Source: Torpedo marmorata (taxonomy: Eukaryota). Taken from it: 64,000 nucleotides of DNA. This document shows, piece by piece, positions 37,876 to 51,743 of this stretch. Within the stretch, counting starts at the first letter, position 1. Each line of letters opens with the position of its first letter. The position numbers were made by a program, and so were the translations under genes. The stretch lies in NCBI GenBank assembly GCA_977017645.1, contig OZ360235.1:18104001-18168000 (forward strand), written 5' to 3'. Under the pieces are notes generated by a model. It was not told where the DNA came from and did no database searches. It saw nothing but the letters and a program-made list of their open reading frames with translations.

Positions 37876-39166
37876 TAACTGTACTCCAACTGACATTAAA
37901 TATCAATGCTTTCATTAATTAAGCGTGACAATTCCTAGACATGGGCTCACACAAGATCTTTGGAGCTTTCTATTTTGACATTGGAAATCCTGGAAGCTGA
38001 AGCAGCTAATGCAAACAGGTATTATTTATGAAACCTGTTAAGCAGCTAAAAAACTCAATCCCACTAATCTTAAAAACAACCAGGTGTCACCCTATCCAAA
38101 AGAATACATGTCATTTGCCACTGCTGAGCAGATGGATGAAAGTACAGTGACACAACAGTGGATGCCTGTTCCATTTGTCAAACGTTTGTTAATATAATTA
38201 CCAAAAATATCATACTCCACACATAATCAAATTCAAAGGGAGATCTTTAAGCTTCTTTAACTATCTTCTAGTAGAATCTTAGACAACTGAACAAGCCCAG
38301 TAATGAAATTGAACTTTAAAAATTGTCATTTTATAAAAAAAGTCATGTACACGAGATCACATTTGCCTTGTATATCAAATTGTAAATGATTATGGAAAAA
38401 TATTAATTGCCAAGCTAAAAAAAGCAGCAGAAAAAAGTCCCAAAAGGCAAGCTTGAACAGGCATTGTTAAAACCCACACTAAATATGCAAAATGTCATTT
38501 TTATAATTTTTTTACAATGAGGTCTGGCTTGAAGTCTGGTACAGTAATTTTTAAAAAAATGCAAAAGATAGCAATTAAAGTAGATGAAACTTTTTTTTAA
38601 AAAGAAACAGCACCCAGTATATACATACCAGTAATCTTAGATTTTAAAAATCTGCCTTTGCAACATTATCCTGGAAATGCTGCCAATAAATTGATGTGAT
38701 ACTTCAGATGTTGAAATATATTCTAAATTTACATTTAAATCTCCCTTTTTTGGGTCATTGATAGAAAATTGGTGAGAACATGGTAAATGGATCTCGTGCA
38801 GAAAAGACAAAAAAAAACCAAACCCCATTGAGAGAATTCAGTAGATACTGGGCCTAATGTGATTTCCTTTTGCCTCAAAGTAATTCTGTGCAAAATTTCA
38901 CAATTATCAATAAGCTTTATAGTTACAAAACTTATCACAAGCACCCATATTCATTTTAATTCCTTGGATAAATTGTAATTTTGCAATTATTCAGTAACAA
39001 TCTTAATTTGTTGCTGTAAAAGCATCAACTAACAAAATGCACAATGTTCGATTCTTAAACAAAGTATCAATTTATATCAAACAGGAATCAATGTTCAACC
39101 AACTTAAATGTACAATTTTGTAAAGTGATAAACAAATAAACAGCAATTATTTGACGCCTTGCTTAC

Positions 39167-41961
39167 CTGATTAACTATCCCCTGTGAAACAGGTGGATGC
39201 TGATTTTGCTGTGTTACACTGCCCAATGCTACTTTAGCTATACTATTGGAATCAGCTCCCACTGGCACAGCCACCATTGTTGAACTGCAGCCAGCATTGT
39301 TTGGGTCACTAATGGTAACAATCCTTACTCCCACTTTATTTGGAATTCCTGATATATTATCTTTGCATTCAGCTGACCTTTTTAAAGATTGACATTCAGT
39401 TGAACCATTGATTGTTGGAGTCTGATAAAGTTGGACTGAATGTATAGCTACAGGTCCAGATTGGTTTAAAGCTGAAGAGTGAAGCACCTGGGCAGAGTTG
39501 GAAACCAAAGAAACAGATGAACTTGGACACTGCTGAAGCGGAGGCACCACTGAATTTACGCCAGCTGTTATAGGTCCATTGGATAATCCTGAGTTTGTAC
39601 CACTGATTTGCTGGTCGATAGAGTTTGAAAACACAGCACAGCTTGTGCTAGAATTTCCTATTGAAACAGGTCCATTATGCATTTTGGTCGGTTGAACGCT
39701 TTTGGCAGAATGTTGCTGATTACTGTCCACATTGCCCCATTGCTCCTGTGCAACAATGTCACCGTTTTCCACATGTTTGGAAGCTCTATGATTTGGAATG
39801 TTTTTGCTTAAGTGTGAACCATCCCCTTTTTCAAAATCACAAATCCCATTTACCATGGGTAACTTCAAAGGATCTTTTTTAATTTCCTGCACCCCTGCAC
39901 AGTCCATTTTCAGCTTCCCATTTATTACGTTTTGACTTACTCCCGACAAAGGTCCATTTGAAGCCAAAGTACTCTGCGTGGGCTGAGAATGAGCAATCCC
40001 TGAGTTCGATGGAGGTAGACGTGAACGATCATGTTCTTTTCCATTTACAAGTTTTGCGGCCTGCATTTCGCTTTCCTTTAAGCCCCCATTGGTTTTACTA
40101 GCAGCTCCCTCTTTGCAAGAAGGGTTCTCCATGATTTCTATCTTACGTTCATGTAGATGTAAATCTGTGGTATCTTTTGCTTCTTCCTCCTTCTGACAAA
40201 TAATTTTATCACCTGCGAATACGGTTTCAGATTCTGAGGTTTTCACCTGCCCGCTCAATGGTGTCACTATAGGCGAAGGGGTTTGTACTTGTGACCCACT
40301 AACAGCAATTCCTGCAGGGGCTAGGATCTGTGTCCCACCGCAATGACTTACAGCTGGCGTAGCAAAGGTGTTATTTGGCACAACAGTTATGGTTACTTGG
40401 TTACCTGTTGATCCCTGGAGAAGAGCAGCAGTGTTACTAGTAGAGATCAACTGACCTGGTAAGATCTGCATGTGAGGAATTGCCATTGTTTGCACTGACC
40501 CCTGTGAGTGGATGGGACTTTGAACAAGCTGCACATTTGACTGCCCAACGACTAACTGTTGACCCGGGGCCTGAACTCCAATATTGGCTGCCTGATTGTG
40601 AGTCACTTGGTAGACGACCTGAGGACTAGGAGCTCTAGCAGGAGGAGGGGGAGGCATTTGCGGAGCAGGTAAGATAAGCTTGCCTCCTGGAGTAGGGGAG
40701 CCCCTTTTTGGAAGAAGTAATTGTTTGATTAAACTGGACTCCCCAGAGGCTGGCTGATTAGAACCAGTACCTGTTTGCGGAGTCTGAAGCTGCACCTGGA
40801 ACTGCTTTTGGGGTTGTTGTTGTTGCTGCTGCTGCCGTTTCACAGATAGCATCTTGCTGACAGTTTGAGGCCCCTGCATCGGAGGGGTGGAAGGCTGAGT
40901 AACCAACCCCATTTGTACCGGATTTCCATTGACAGGCACCGGGGATGGTGATGATGAAGGAGTCACATTTGCATTCCCAGCCAAATGAATAGCTTGGCCA
41001 GCTTGAACAGAAGCTGGATTTGTCAATAATATCTGATGAATCGCTGGAGCAAAATTCTGCCCCTGTGAAGCCGGCTGACCAACGATCATATGTACACTTT
41101 GCTGGGGTTGCTGCTGCATTAGAGTAGACGGAACATGCTGTGGTGCCATTCCTGCCGGCTTTGGTGCTATATTCTGGAAACTCATCCTCGGGACTGGAGA
41201 GCTTTGAACACCAGTAATTGCAACCACTTGACCCGTTGAGACTTGAAAATTTTGAACTGCAGCACCAGATAAAACAGCAGGACTGGGGTTGGATAAATAG
41301 TGTTGAGATGCCAACAGAACACTGTCCTGCTGGTTACTTGCTTTTGGCTGGTGACAGGATTTCTGTACAGAGTGGGTTACTGTGCCCGATAACAATTGTC
41401 CTTGTGAAACAATAACCGTGTTGGCAGGTATATTTTGAACTCTGTCGATTACTGAATGGCTGTGAGAGACAGCCTGCTGTATCACAGTAACTGCTGTTGT
41501 TGCAGAGGTATTCACCTGATGAGAGGAGACAATTGGTATAGATAGCTGGTGACCGGGAAGCTGCTGTTGAAAGAAGTGTGGCTGGTGAAGCACTTGTTGA
41601 GAAGTAGTCATTGCAACTGATGACTGCGTTGTTGTTGTGGGATGGTTTTGTATCAATGATCCCTGGTGAATATTGGTTCCAGTCAGTGCATACGGTACTG
41701 AAGCTGGGGTTTGAGTTTCAAAGGTTGAAGATTGCACAACTGAACATCTTGCTGCTTCACTTGTAACTGGAGTCCTGCTTTGTATGACAGTCACAGTAGC
41801 ATTTTGGTGTGATTGTGCCACACCAGTTCGATCTTGCATTTTGTAAGAAATATTCTGAGCTGGGACACTTTGTTGAAGCGTATAGATCATTTGAGACCCT
41901 GGCAGAGCATTTGAAAGGTTAGCTGCAGGGATCCGTTGAAAATGGTTTACCACTGCCTGTG
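39167..41961 (-). CDS. ARID2: ARID2 large Q/P/S-rich exon
   Basis: ORF 39104-41953: FQNIAPKP, SGESSLIKQLLLPKRG, GDKIICQKEEEAKD, NGICDFEKGDGSHLSKNIPNH, GIPNKVGVRIVTISDPNNAGCS; acceptor cttttcag, donor CAG|gtaagc; phase 1-0. Confidence 0.96.
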
Positions 41962-42434
41962 CTGAAAAGGTAAAAAGATAAAAGTAATTTCAATGGATAC
42001 CACAACCAGAGTAGTGAACTTTCAACTTGCAGGTTAATATCCTCTTATAATTTAATTCAGAAACCAATACAGCTTATCCATTATCTTCACAATAAACTAA
42101 ACAATCAGCATCTGGAAGGCCAGCTTTATCAAAAACAAGATCATCCTTTTCATGAAAAAGTTATAACTATAATGCTGGAAATATGAAATAAAAAGTAGAA
42201 AGTACAGTAAACACTCAGCAAGTCAGGCAGCATCTGCAGAAAGAAACAGGGGCACTAACAAATGTTCTTTGACCTAAAATGTGAACTATTTCTTGTTCAG
42301 TGATGCTGTCTGACTGACCAGTTGTTAGTTTCACGCTTTAGTGTTTAATTTTCTCATGTTACATCAACTGATCTCCACTCTCATGTCTCAACCACCTTAT
42401 ATTAACATTAAAAAGGATAAATTGCATTTTTTTT

Positions 42435-44050
42435 TCTGTAATTATTGCATTTAAAAAAGTATCCGGTAATGAGTGAGTTTCCGTAATTTGATTCAATACT
42501 TCCATATATGGAGGTATTAATAAATCTTTAAACTCCTTATAAAATTCTGATGGAAACCCATCTTCACCTGGAGATTTACCACTCTTTAGTGAAGAAAGAA
42601 CTTCATTAACTTCCCTCATTGTAAAAGGTAAATCTAAAGATTCTCTACTTTGAATATTTAGTTTAGGTAATGTAATTTTAGATAAAAATTCAAATAATAA
42701 TCTTTAAAAGAATCATTTATTTCTCGAGGTTTATAAGTTATCTCTCCAGAGTTTTTTTTCCTTATAGCATTTATAGTTCTAGAAATTTGATCTTTTTTTA
42801 ATTGCCATGCCAAAACTTTATGAGCTCTTTCACCTAATTCATAATACCTTTGTTTAGTTCTTTCAATTAATTTTTCCATTTTATATGTTTGTAATAAATT
42901 ATAATGTAATTTCTTCCCTATTAAATGGTTTCTTTTTTGAATTGATCTATTTTTTTGTAAATCTTTTTCCAAACATTCAATCTCCTTCTCAAGTTTTTCT
43001 ACTTCCTTAAGATAATCTTTCTTAATTTTTACTGAATAACTTATTATTTGACCTCTTAAATAAGTTTTTAAAGCTTCCCAAATAATAAATTTATTATCAG
43101 TAGAATTAGAGTTTATTTGCAAAAATTCCTGAATTTCCCTTCTCATATATTCACAAAAATCTTTCCTTTTTAATAAAGATGAATTAAATCTCCAACTATA
43201 TACAGTTTTTTCTTTTTCCAGAATTATACAAGATATTAATAAAGGTGAATGATCAGAGATTATTCTCGCTTTATAAGATGCTTGCGTTATTCTATCTTGA
43301 ACTTGAGAAGACAATAAAAATAAATCTATCCTAGAATATGAATCATGTCTAAAAGAATAAAAAGAATAGTCTTTTTCCCTAGGATTCAATTTCCTCCAAA
43401 TATCAATTAAATTTAAATCTTTCATCAAAGTAAGAACTCTTAACAATTTTAGCTTTAACAGGTGATCTTGAAGTTCTATCCATTATTGAATCTAGACAAC
43501 AATTGAAGTCTCCCCCAATTAAAATATTCTCATTAGCTTCTGACAAATGTAAAAAAGCATCCTGAATAAATTGCTCATCATCTACATTTGACACATACAA
43601 ATTCATACGTGTCCAAAATTCTGAATAAATCTGGCAATGTATCAAAACATATCTTCCTGCCACATCTATCGATTGTATCTTAAAAGGTAACTTTTTATTA
43701 ACTAATATAGCTACCCCTCTTGCTTTAGAGTTAAATGAAGAAGCCACCACTTGACCAACCCATTCTCTTTTTAATTTTTGGTGTTCCGAATCTATCAAAT
43801 GTGTCTCCTGTAAAAAAGCTATATCTGCATTCAACTTTTTAATATATGCTAAGGTTCTCTTTCTTTTAATCGGATTGTTAAGCCCATTTATATTAATGCT
43901 TAGTAAATTTATATTCTTACTATCCATCATAATTAAATTTTATCAAATCTCTTTCAATCAAATCCACTAGCTTTTTCCTCCAAAATTGTAAACTATTTAA
44001 CATCCCCTTAGCTAAAGTAAAGAAGAAAAAAAGAGAAAGAAAATAACCCC
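42435..44050 (-). mobile_element. L1-clade LINE fragment: ORF2 APE endonuclease to start of RT, frameshifted and 3'-deleted
   Basis: SININGLNNPIKRKR, AFLQETHL, IGGDFNC, YSRIDLFL, ISDHSPL, WRFNSSLL, GKSPGEDGFPSEFYKEF. Confidence 0.9.
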
Positions 44051-44572
44051 AGTGAATAAAATACTGGTACAATTGGATAAATTACATTCTGAAGAAAATG
44101 AAATTGCAAGTAAATAAATCTTTTGATAAAGTGATGACCAAAAGAGTCAATAATAACCCATTCAACTAGAGTACCCAAACATAGCTAAAACAATAAATTT
44201 GTTAGCATTTTGTTATGACACACACAAACGATATTATCCCTGTACATTGTTATTCCTTTAGTCATTTTACTAAGAAAATTTATTAACAAAATTTGACTGA
44301 TCCAATTAAGAAAACATTAAGGAAGATGACCAAAAGTTTTACCAAAGGCACAAATTTTAAAGCATGCTCCAGAAGAGGTGTCAGGAAATTTTTTGAACAT
44401 TGGCCAATGGAGAAATTCAGAGATGTTCAAAGAATTTGTAAAAATAAAACAACTCTGCGACCAATGTCCGCAAAATTGTGAAATGTGGACATCAAGCACA
44501 GTGAAATGATTTCTGACTGTCTTCACTGAAATGAAATTCATGGTTATGCAGGAGGTAAAATGGCATACATTA

Positions 44573-44840
44573 CACTGGACAACGAAGATTTTGCTTCCTG
44601 AACACTTTTGGGTGTATTTTATGGTTTTTGGGCTGCTGATCACGAAAATCACCTTAAAATTTACCTACCACGTACCTTTTTATTTATTTAGATATAACCT
44701 ACTTTTGTGATTTCTTGTCATATTTTAAGTCTACTTCAAGCATACAAAACCATGAAGTACAAACATGTCACTGAAAATTCAATTTCTGCATTTGCACTTG
44801 GACTTCTTTCCTGCTGATCTTGGTGCAGTCATGACCATGA
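44573..44840 (+). mobile_element. Second Chapaev3 remnant (left TIR fused to a transposase C-terminal fragment)
   Basis: tta|CACTGGACAACGAAGATTTTGCTTCCTGAACAC nearly identical to 16313; catgtcactgaaaattc..ggacttctttcctgctgatcttggtg. Confidence 0.82.
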
Positions 44841-45524
44841 TACAGTCATGGACATGACCATCACTATTATGAGCTTTATGAATGCCAGTAAGTTAACTGT
44901 AACAAAGAGGGAGGAAAACGCTACAAATCAAACTCAGAAATCTCAAAATTGCTAGAGTAAATTGATGCATCCAAGGAGACCTATCTTATACAATGCAAGA
45001 GAAACTAATCCCTGTTTCAGTCACTCAATCTCCCCCTTTCTAGATTGACATTCATTTTCACTGCTCCTTTGTCGTAAGGGTTTAGGAACAATTTCTTCCT
45101 ATATTAAACCTGGTGTAAACTTGGAAGTCATCCGTGTGTGCCAAGTAATTCTCAACACAAATGTTTATTTCAGGTTGGCAATACAGAACACATGTGAATG
45201 AAGAAAATCTATGCTCTGTTTAGCATCAGGAACCATCAGGAAAAGCAATATTCTCACTATCATGTGATATATTTCACATATTGGTCCATTAATTTACCAA
45301 CTGTACAACTTTTTTTTAAAAATTTTCACAGCAAACTTTGTCACTTTCTCAGTAGGAAATATAAAATTCAAATAATATGTAAATCAAAAGAACATATTAC
45401 TATTAACATTTTTGATGTCATGAAGGAACCATAACATTATGATTGTTTGAAATGCTTATAGAAGCATCTGATGTCACAAATTTTCATCTTTGGCAACTGT
45501 TCAAATGAATAAGTAACTTCTTAC

Positions 45525-45685
45525 CTGAAGGAGATAGGCTTTGTGTTAGCTCTGGTGTAACAGAGTGAACAGCTGGTGACTGCATGGGAAGAGGTGTAGC
45601 CCTTCTCTGGATCCCTACTATGTGTATTTGCGCTTGCCCATTATTTTCTTCTATTCGTTTTATTGTATGTGTTGGAAACAGAGTC
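45525..45685 (-). CDS. ARID2: ARID2 exon (end of RFX winged-helix domain)
   Basis: TLFPTHTIKRIEENNGQAQIHIVGIQRRATPLP; phase 2-1. Confidence 0.93.
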
Positions 45686-46208
45686 CTTGCAAAGGAAAAG
45701 GGAAAACAAGTCAAGTGTAATCAGACAATCACATTCATTTTTTTTTTAATAAACCAAAGCGATTCAAACTGAACAATGAAGCTATTAAAGATTGGCAAAT
45801 GGTCATTTTGGGATGTTGTAAAATGACTTGCTTTAGATACTTATTTTCCTACAGATGTAAAGACAAATATCAGCAAGAGGCAGGAAGGAATTTATTGCAA
45901 GCTTACTGGTGAACAAAAGCAAAGATAGATCCCAGTGTAAAACAGATACCAGAAAGCAATCTTCCCAAGCTTTCGGAATTTACTTTGGATTTAGTAAAGA
46001 TAGAAAGAATAACACAAAGTTACCTAGAGGCACATCAACTTTCAGTTATTAAATGATAGGAACAACGTAGAATTATTTTTCAGTTATTCTTGGAATGAGA
46101 GTATTGTGTGCTCTTAAAATTGTGTTCCATTATTTTATCATATTGATTTAGAAAAAAAACAGGCAAGCTAATCTATATTAAAAAAAAATCCTCCCTTTTT
46201 TTACTTAC

Positions 46209-46343
46209 CTGAGGCATTTGTTAAATCCTGTTGATGTCAGAATTCCACCACGAGCCAATTTACTGCATACAGAGAGGTATTCAGAGTACAAGTCCATTCG
46301 CGAGATAGAACCTTCTAAATAGCTTTCAAAATGTGAGCTTAAC
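46209..46343 (-). CDS. ARID2: ARID2 RFX winged-helix exon
   Basis: (W)[38 protein letters not shown](R); 135 nt; phase 2-2. Confidence 0.95.
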
Positions 46344-48230
46344 CTGTAAAAGAAGCCCAATGTTTGTAATCAGGATGATGTTGCCACAAAAGGCTGTTCT
46401 ACCTGTATAAAACTCTGAACAAGAGAAAATAGATATTTAAACTTTAAACAATTTATTGCTGAGAATGCGACATTGTATCCAGTTTAGAAAGGCTATTTTT
46501 AAATTATTAGGTGGTTATGGACCTTTTAACGATTTGGAAGCAATGTACCTAAATATTTAAAAGTGATGACATTTATATTTTAAACTACTTCCAACAACAA
46601 AGCAAGACAAAAAGAAACATCAGCTGAAACGTTGAATGGAAATAGTGTTTTTTGCCAATGACAATCCCCACAATGTGTCAATGGCGCTTAGGCTCTCTGT
46701 TGACGGCCATGATCAACACGTTAATTTTGTATCTTTCTGCGCAAAAACATTTAAATCATTCAGCATACAACTGCATTGTGGAACACATTCTGCTCTATCA
46801 CAATAGTTCGCGAAAAGGTAGTTTTGAAGACTCAATCACACATTCCTGTAGTTGCATTTTGGATCTTAATCACATTCCATTATACTTATTCTACAAGTCT
46901 CTACGTACACATTTTTTTCCATGTGTTTGCAACAGGTTCACAGCACTGTCAGTTAATGCATCTCTGACCCCTTTTAGCATTTATTTCATTCGTGCTCTCA
47001 TTCCTGGGAACACATCTTGTGTGTTAATGAAGTATGAGCGAATTGTACTAATAGTCCACACACCTGGAATAAAAATGTAACCAAGCAATAAACATCGATT
47101 AAAATCATCTCATCTATTTTGTCCTCTCTTATTCCATTGCTGCCTAATCATTTTCAAGGGCTAAAAGTGCCTGTGGCCAATTACACTCATGCCAACATCC
47201 TCTTCTTCACCTCTCCCTTTCCCTACCACCTGCAAATGCAATCTCCTAGACAGGAAGAGTAAATCACGACTAATAAAATCTTCCCAGACTAATGCACGTC
47301 TCTATATACCTCAATGTTATATTGATCTTTTATACACATTGTAATGCTAAAACAATTTCAATTGTGCTAGTTTATTTTTTGAAGAATTTTGGTGGATCTG
47401 TGCATTTCATCAAGGCTAACTATCTCAGCCATTTCACACAAACGGCTTTTATTTATACCATGACACTTAAAGATCAGTTAGCAGCACAATCTTTTTAAGA
47501 TCGGTTATTTATATGGAATTTACAGCACAGATGCAAGTGTTCACACAAGCATCCTTCACTCTATTTACTTCATCTTTCACTTCAAACTATCCTATCAATT
47601 TCTCACTAATGCACTAAAGCTTAACTGCTGATGCAAATCAATTCCAGGGTTAAATACATGTTCAGTACATGAATTGATTTTGTCTTAATACCGGTTCATT
47701 TTCTAAACAGTGATAAGTGGGCTAAAGTTTACAGAATCAAAGTCGAGCATCTAAAGATCTCCAAGTGTTTAATCTGAACTACCGGTATATTTGACAGAAC
47801 TTGCCTTTTTTTAAAAAATTTATTTCTTTTTTTTTTTTAATGTTCATTTTAAATCACATCTTGTTGTTAAGGCAATAGCACTTTTTAACCCAATATTTAG
47901 TTGCTTTATAAATCATACGCCCAAGCTACTGGGAAAACCAAAAGGGGGAAAATGCTGATTAATACATTTTTAATGTTATGTGGATCAACTGAAGTTTTGT
48001 GCTAAAAATGCATCTTTTCAACTGCTCCTTGAAAATAGCCTAATTACAACCCTGCATTTCCTGTATTCCTAAAGAGCATAAATATTTACAAAGGGCTAAT
48101 GAAACTGAGCAGAACTGGAATGTTATATAATTGACATGAAATTCAAAAGCTTTTGTATATGCTTTCAATGACGACAGTTGAAATGCACTATAATAATTAA
48201 ATTGTATCTGTCAGGAAAATGTACACTTAC

Positions 48231-48303
48231 CACTGGCAGCAAAACTTTTCACTGTCAAGTTCCAATCCTGGTGGTGTTCCCACTGCAGAGCCAACTCTTG
48301 GTG
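48231..48303 (-). CDS. ARID2: ARID2 exon
   Basis: PRVGSAVGTPPGLELDSEKFCCQ(W); phase 1-2; donor gtaagt. Confidence 0.9.
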
Positions 48304-51300
48304 CTGTGCAAATGAGTACGGTAAAAAGGATTAATAATAGAGGAAGCAAGCTGGTGGAATACCATAATATACAATAAAGCCTCATTGTTTAAGAGTAGTT
48401 TGAATTGTTGATAAATAACCATTTACCCTTTTATTTTATTCATAAGCTTTCAAGCTACAAAATAAAGGGAAATTACTCTTTGTAAGTTCTGTTCTCCAAA
48501 CACAACTATGCATATAAACACTTGGGTTTACCTAATTGTATGCATGCTGGCAGAAACTTTCAAAAGTCACCACATGCTCTAATGTCACCATCTACATACC
48601 AAATGACACTGCTTCCTTGCCATGCTAGAAAAGAATATGAAGTTGCTTGTTGAGGTGACATGGTCTCAGCACCAGGTGGTAGTGCCACAAGTTAGCTTCT
48701 GAGATTTTCTGGCTAATTTTGAAAGCCACAGGGACTGGAGGCAATAAAAAAAACAATCAGAAGCAATCTTCTGCTCTCATTCAGTCCACCACTAGTTGAC
48801 CAGAATGACACTGGCAATTCCCTAAATTAGCAAGCACCAATGCACTTGATGGCAAAAGCCCAGAGAATAATCTCATAATTTAAGAAAAAAGTTATTTGCT
48901 CCAGAACAGGCAAAATTAGATTTTCATCTTGGGAAGGGGGGGGGGGCATGAAGAAAGCTGTTCCTTAATGGTTAAATAAATAATCACGATTCTAGGAGAC
49001 ATTAAATACACCTTCAGTATTTATTGGCAGTGAGGGTAAAGCTGAAACAAGCCACAAAACAAATCAGTAAGAAAGCAGAGGAAGAAACAAAGGCTGGAGA
49101 TGAAGGGATAGACAATGATGTTATCTGCAAATGGTACAATGCTTTTCTTTTCAGGTTGCCAAAGACAAAAAAAACTTGCTCTATTATAGCTGGCAACTGT
49201 TTCTTTTTCAGGTTAAAACACCATCCCTATTCTACTCACTCACCTATCCCTACCACTATGGCCAAATCAAGAAGTTTTGTCAAGAGAAAATAAATGGATT
49301 TTTGTCAGAAAGCTATTCTTTGGAGAACAGAAATTACAGTGGGCAACTTCCATTTCTCCTTCAAAAACAGACCTTCCATCCACGGAAGCTTCTAAAAGGT
49401 AAATTACCAGGGACAGAGATATGCATATCTAAAAAAAAAATCAAAATGTACAGCAACCACAGTGAACCTCTTGCCTAGTTTAAGGCTACAATGCTTCTAA
49501 ATTTTGTCATAAGTTTATATTTTCTCCCCTTACACTTTTTTTCAGGTCTCCCCACGCCACAGACCATTCTCCAAGTCACGAGGAAGTGCATGAACATGGC
49601 CCCGGGGAAAACATCCCTCCAAATTTTCCTTCCTCTCTGTGAGAATATGCCTGGTCTCTGCTGTTAAACAAAGAAAGATGGCAGTCATTTTCCAGCAGCC
49701 GTACCATGTTCATGTTGGTTAGGAATAAAGGCCAAATGACTGGCCTATCATGGAGCCAAATTATTGTTGGAAGGTTAATAATTCTGAAGGTGGAAAGGAA
49801 GTTGACAAACATGTTTAAAGAATATCTAGGGACTGAACTTCAGTTAACCAGTTGCCCAAATGACATTTACTATCTGCAACCCTCAATGGCCTGGTATCAG
49901 TATTATTTTGTAAAAAATATTGTGACGAACAGCCATCAATTTTGTACAACTATCAGTTTTACGATAAAGAGATACTAATAGTGCAAAGAAATGTAGAAAT
50001 TCTTATTAAATAAATCTAGAGCAACTTGCCTGTAACTGGATAGCTTTCATGTCTTTGCTTTCTTTCATATGTTATTTAAATTTAGCTTCTCTGGGGCACT
50101 ATATTCATTTCCTCGGGTTGAACCCACAACAGACATGTCCAGAACAGGCTAGTAAACAGCCATCTGAAGCAAAACTATTCAGCAAGGACATAGGATGGTT
50201 TGAAGTCTGCTGTTTACTTAAGTATGTTACAGGTGAAATGATTTAAGTCTACTTGGAATCATTCAACAGCACAAAGTTATGACAATAAAGGGAAAAAAAC
50301 AGAAGGATGAAATGTTAGAAAGAAGAAAATGGGCAACGTGCATTTAAAATCTAAGTCAACGGTGAAGTCAAAACCAATGCCATGCAGGGGATCCTGTGAA
50401 GAAGATTGTGTAAACCATTCATCATTGTACAATTACATTTAGGGAGACCCAAGTGTTTGTATGTGGAAGATATAATCTTAAAGAAAACCTTTAAATAAAA
50501 AAAGCATGAAAACAAAATAGTTCACACGAGATTTATGCACGTCACACAGGCAAATTCATGTGATTTGTTTTAAAAAGACGCAGGGGGAGTATTTCCCAAT
50601 TTAATATTTTAAAACAATTTCTACTCATGTGGATATTGTCAATTCAGTTAGATATTTTCCTTCTCAGTCATGATTGTAGCTTAACTGGATTCCAAGATGA
50701 ATTACTGATGGGTTTTGGGCAGAGTTTACAAATAGTAGATAAGTGGTAGAGAATGAAATACTAAGAGCATTCTGTAAGTGTCATATACAATTAGACAGTG
50801 TGTGGTCTGTCAATTTCTTGCTAAATTAATAGTAGTTCAGTGGCATGAGTCTGCAGCCACAAGGAAGGGATCCTGACAAAACTTAATTCTACCAAGATCC
50901 ATGTAGCCAAGAGAAGAAGCACTATATCTGACTCCTCCCTCTGCCATAACACAAACTGTTTTCTCATATTGCTTTAGAAGATGAAATCATTATCATGATC
51001 CATTTTCATATTGTTTTAAAAAAATCTCATGGAGATATTTTTAGAAGTCCCAGCATTTTACATTTGTTATATTAATAAACTTCTTGCCTTAGATAGTCTC
51101 AACTATTTGGAAGATTTTGTTTAATTACCAGTAGTTGGACTATTAACAGAGTAATATTCCATAAAGATCGAGTCTGCTGAATTAACTTAAATACACTCCC
51201 CTGGTTTTAACTGTTCATTCAATGTTAATCCATTCTACATTCCCAATACAGTTCATTCAAGTCACACATTTTAAACTCCCCTAATATTTTCCACTGCTTA

Positions 51301-51572
51301 TGGAAAACTGCAATACAGGTTCTACATCGTTCTGGCATTATCTGTTAACATCATAGATCCTACAAATGCTAGAAATAACCATTAGAAGGTTATTTGCCTG
51401 CAATGAGAAAACCTGATAGTTCTCTCATTTAAAATCATTTTTCCAGCATGCAAGTCAAAGATGACCAAGAGGACTGCAGTACAAAATATTCAACATAATG
51501 TCTGATCTCTCACAGTTCTGAATTTCAGATTTCCAACACTTTTAAAAAAAATAATCACTGCTGATCACTTAC

Positions 51573-51743
51573 CCGAAGCTGGTGTGATCTGGGTTGGTGC
51601 TTGTTGCAAGTGCTCCATTGCTTGTGGTCTGATGTCAGAGATTGCTTGGTGGTTGGAACTTTGCTGTTCTATTAGTTTGATGGTTGTAGGTGTATCAGAC
51701 CCAAATGAATGGATATCCACTGACACAAGACACACTAGCATAT
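51573..51743 (-). CDS. ARID2: ARID2 exon
   Basis: [34 protein letters not shown]; phase 1-1. Confidence 0.93.

Noticed and set aside
40810-40835. Poly-Q tract in ARID2
   Set aside because: Short mixed CAG/CAA run, comparable to that in orthologues as I recall them
46505-47070. Possible old DNA transposon (weak aggtg..tggac terminal similarity)
   Set aside because: TIR too degenerate and no clear target-site duplication
49010-49125. Possible cryptic ARID2 exon or intronic poly(A) site (pyrimidine tract, AG, AATAAA on the - strand)
   Set aside because: Signals are common by chance and the flanking exons already join in frame; needs transcript data
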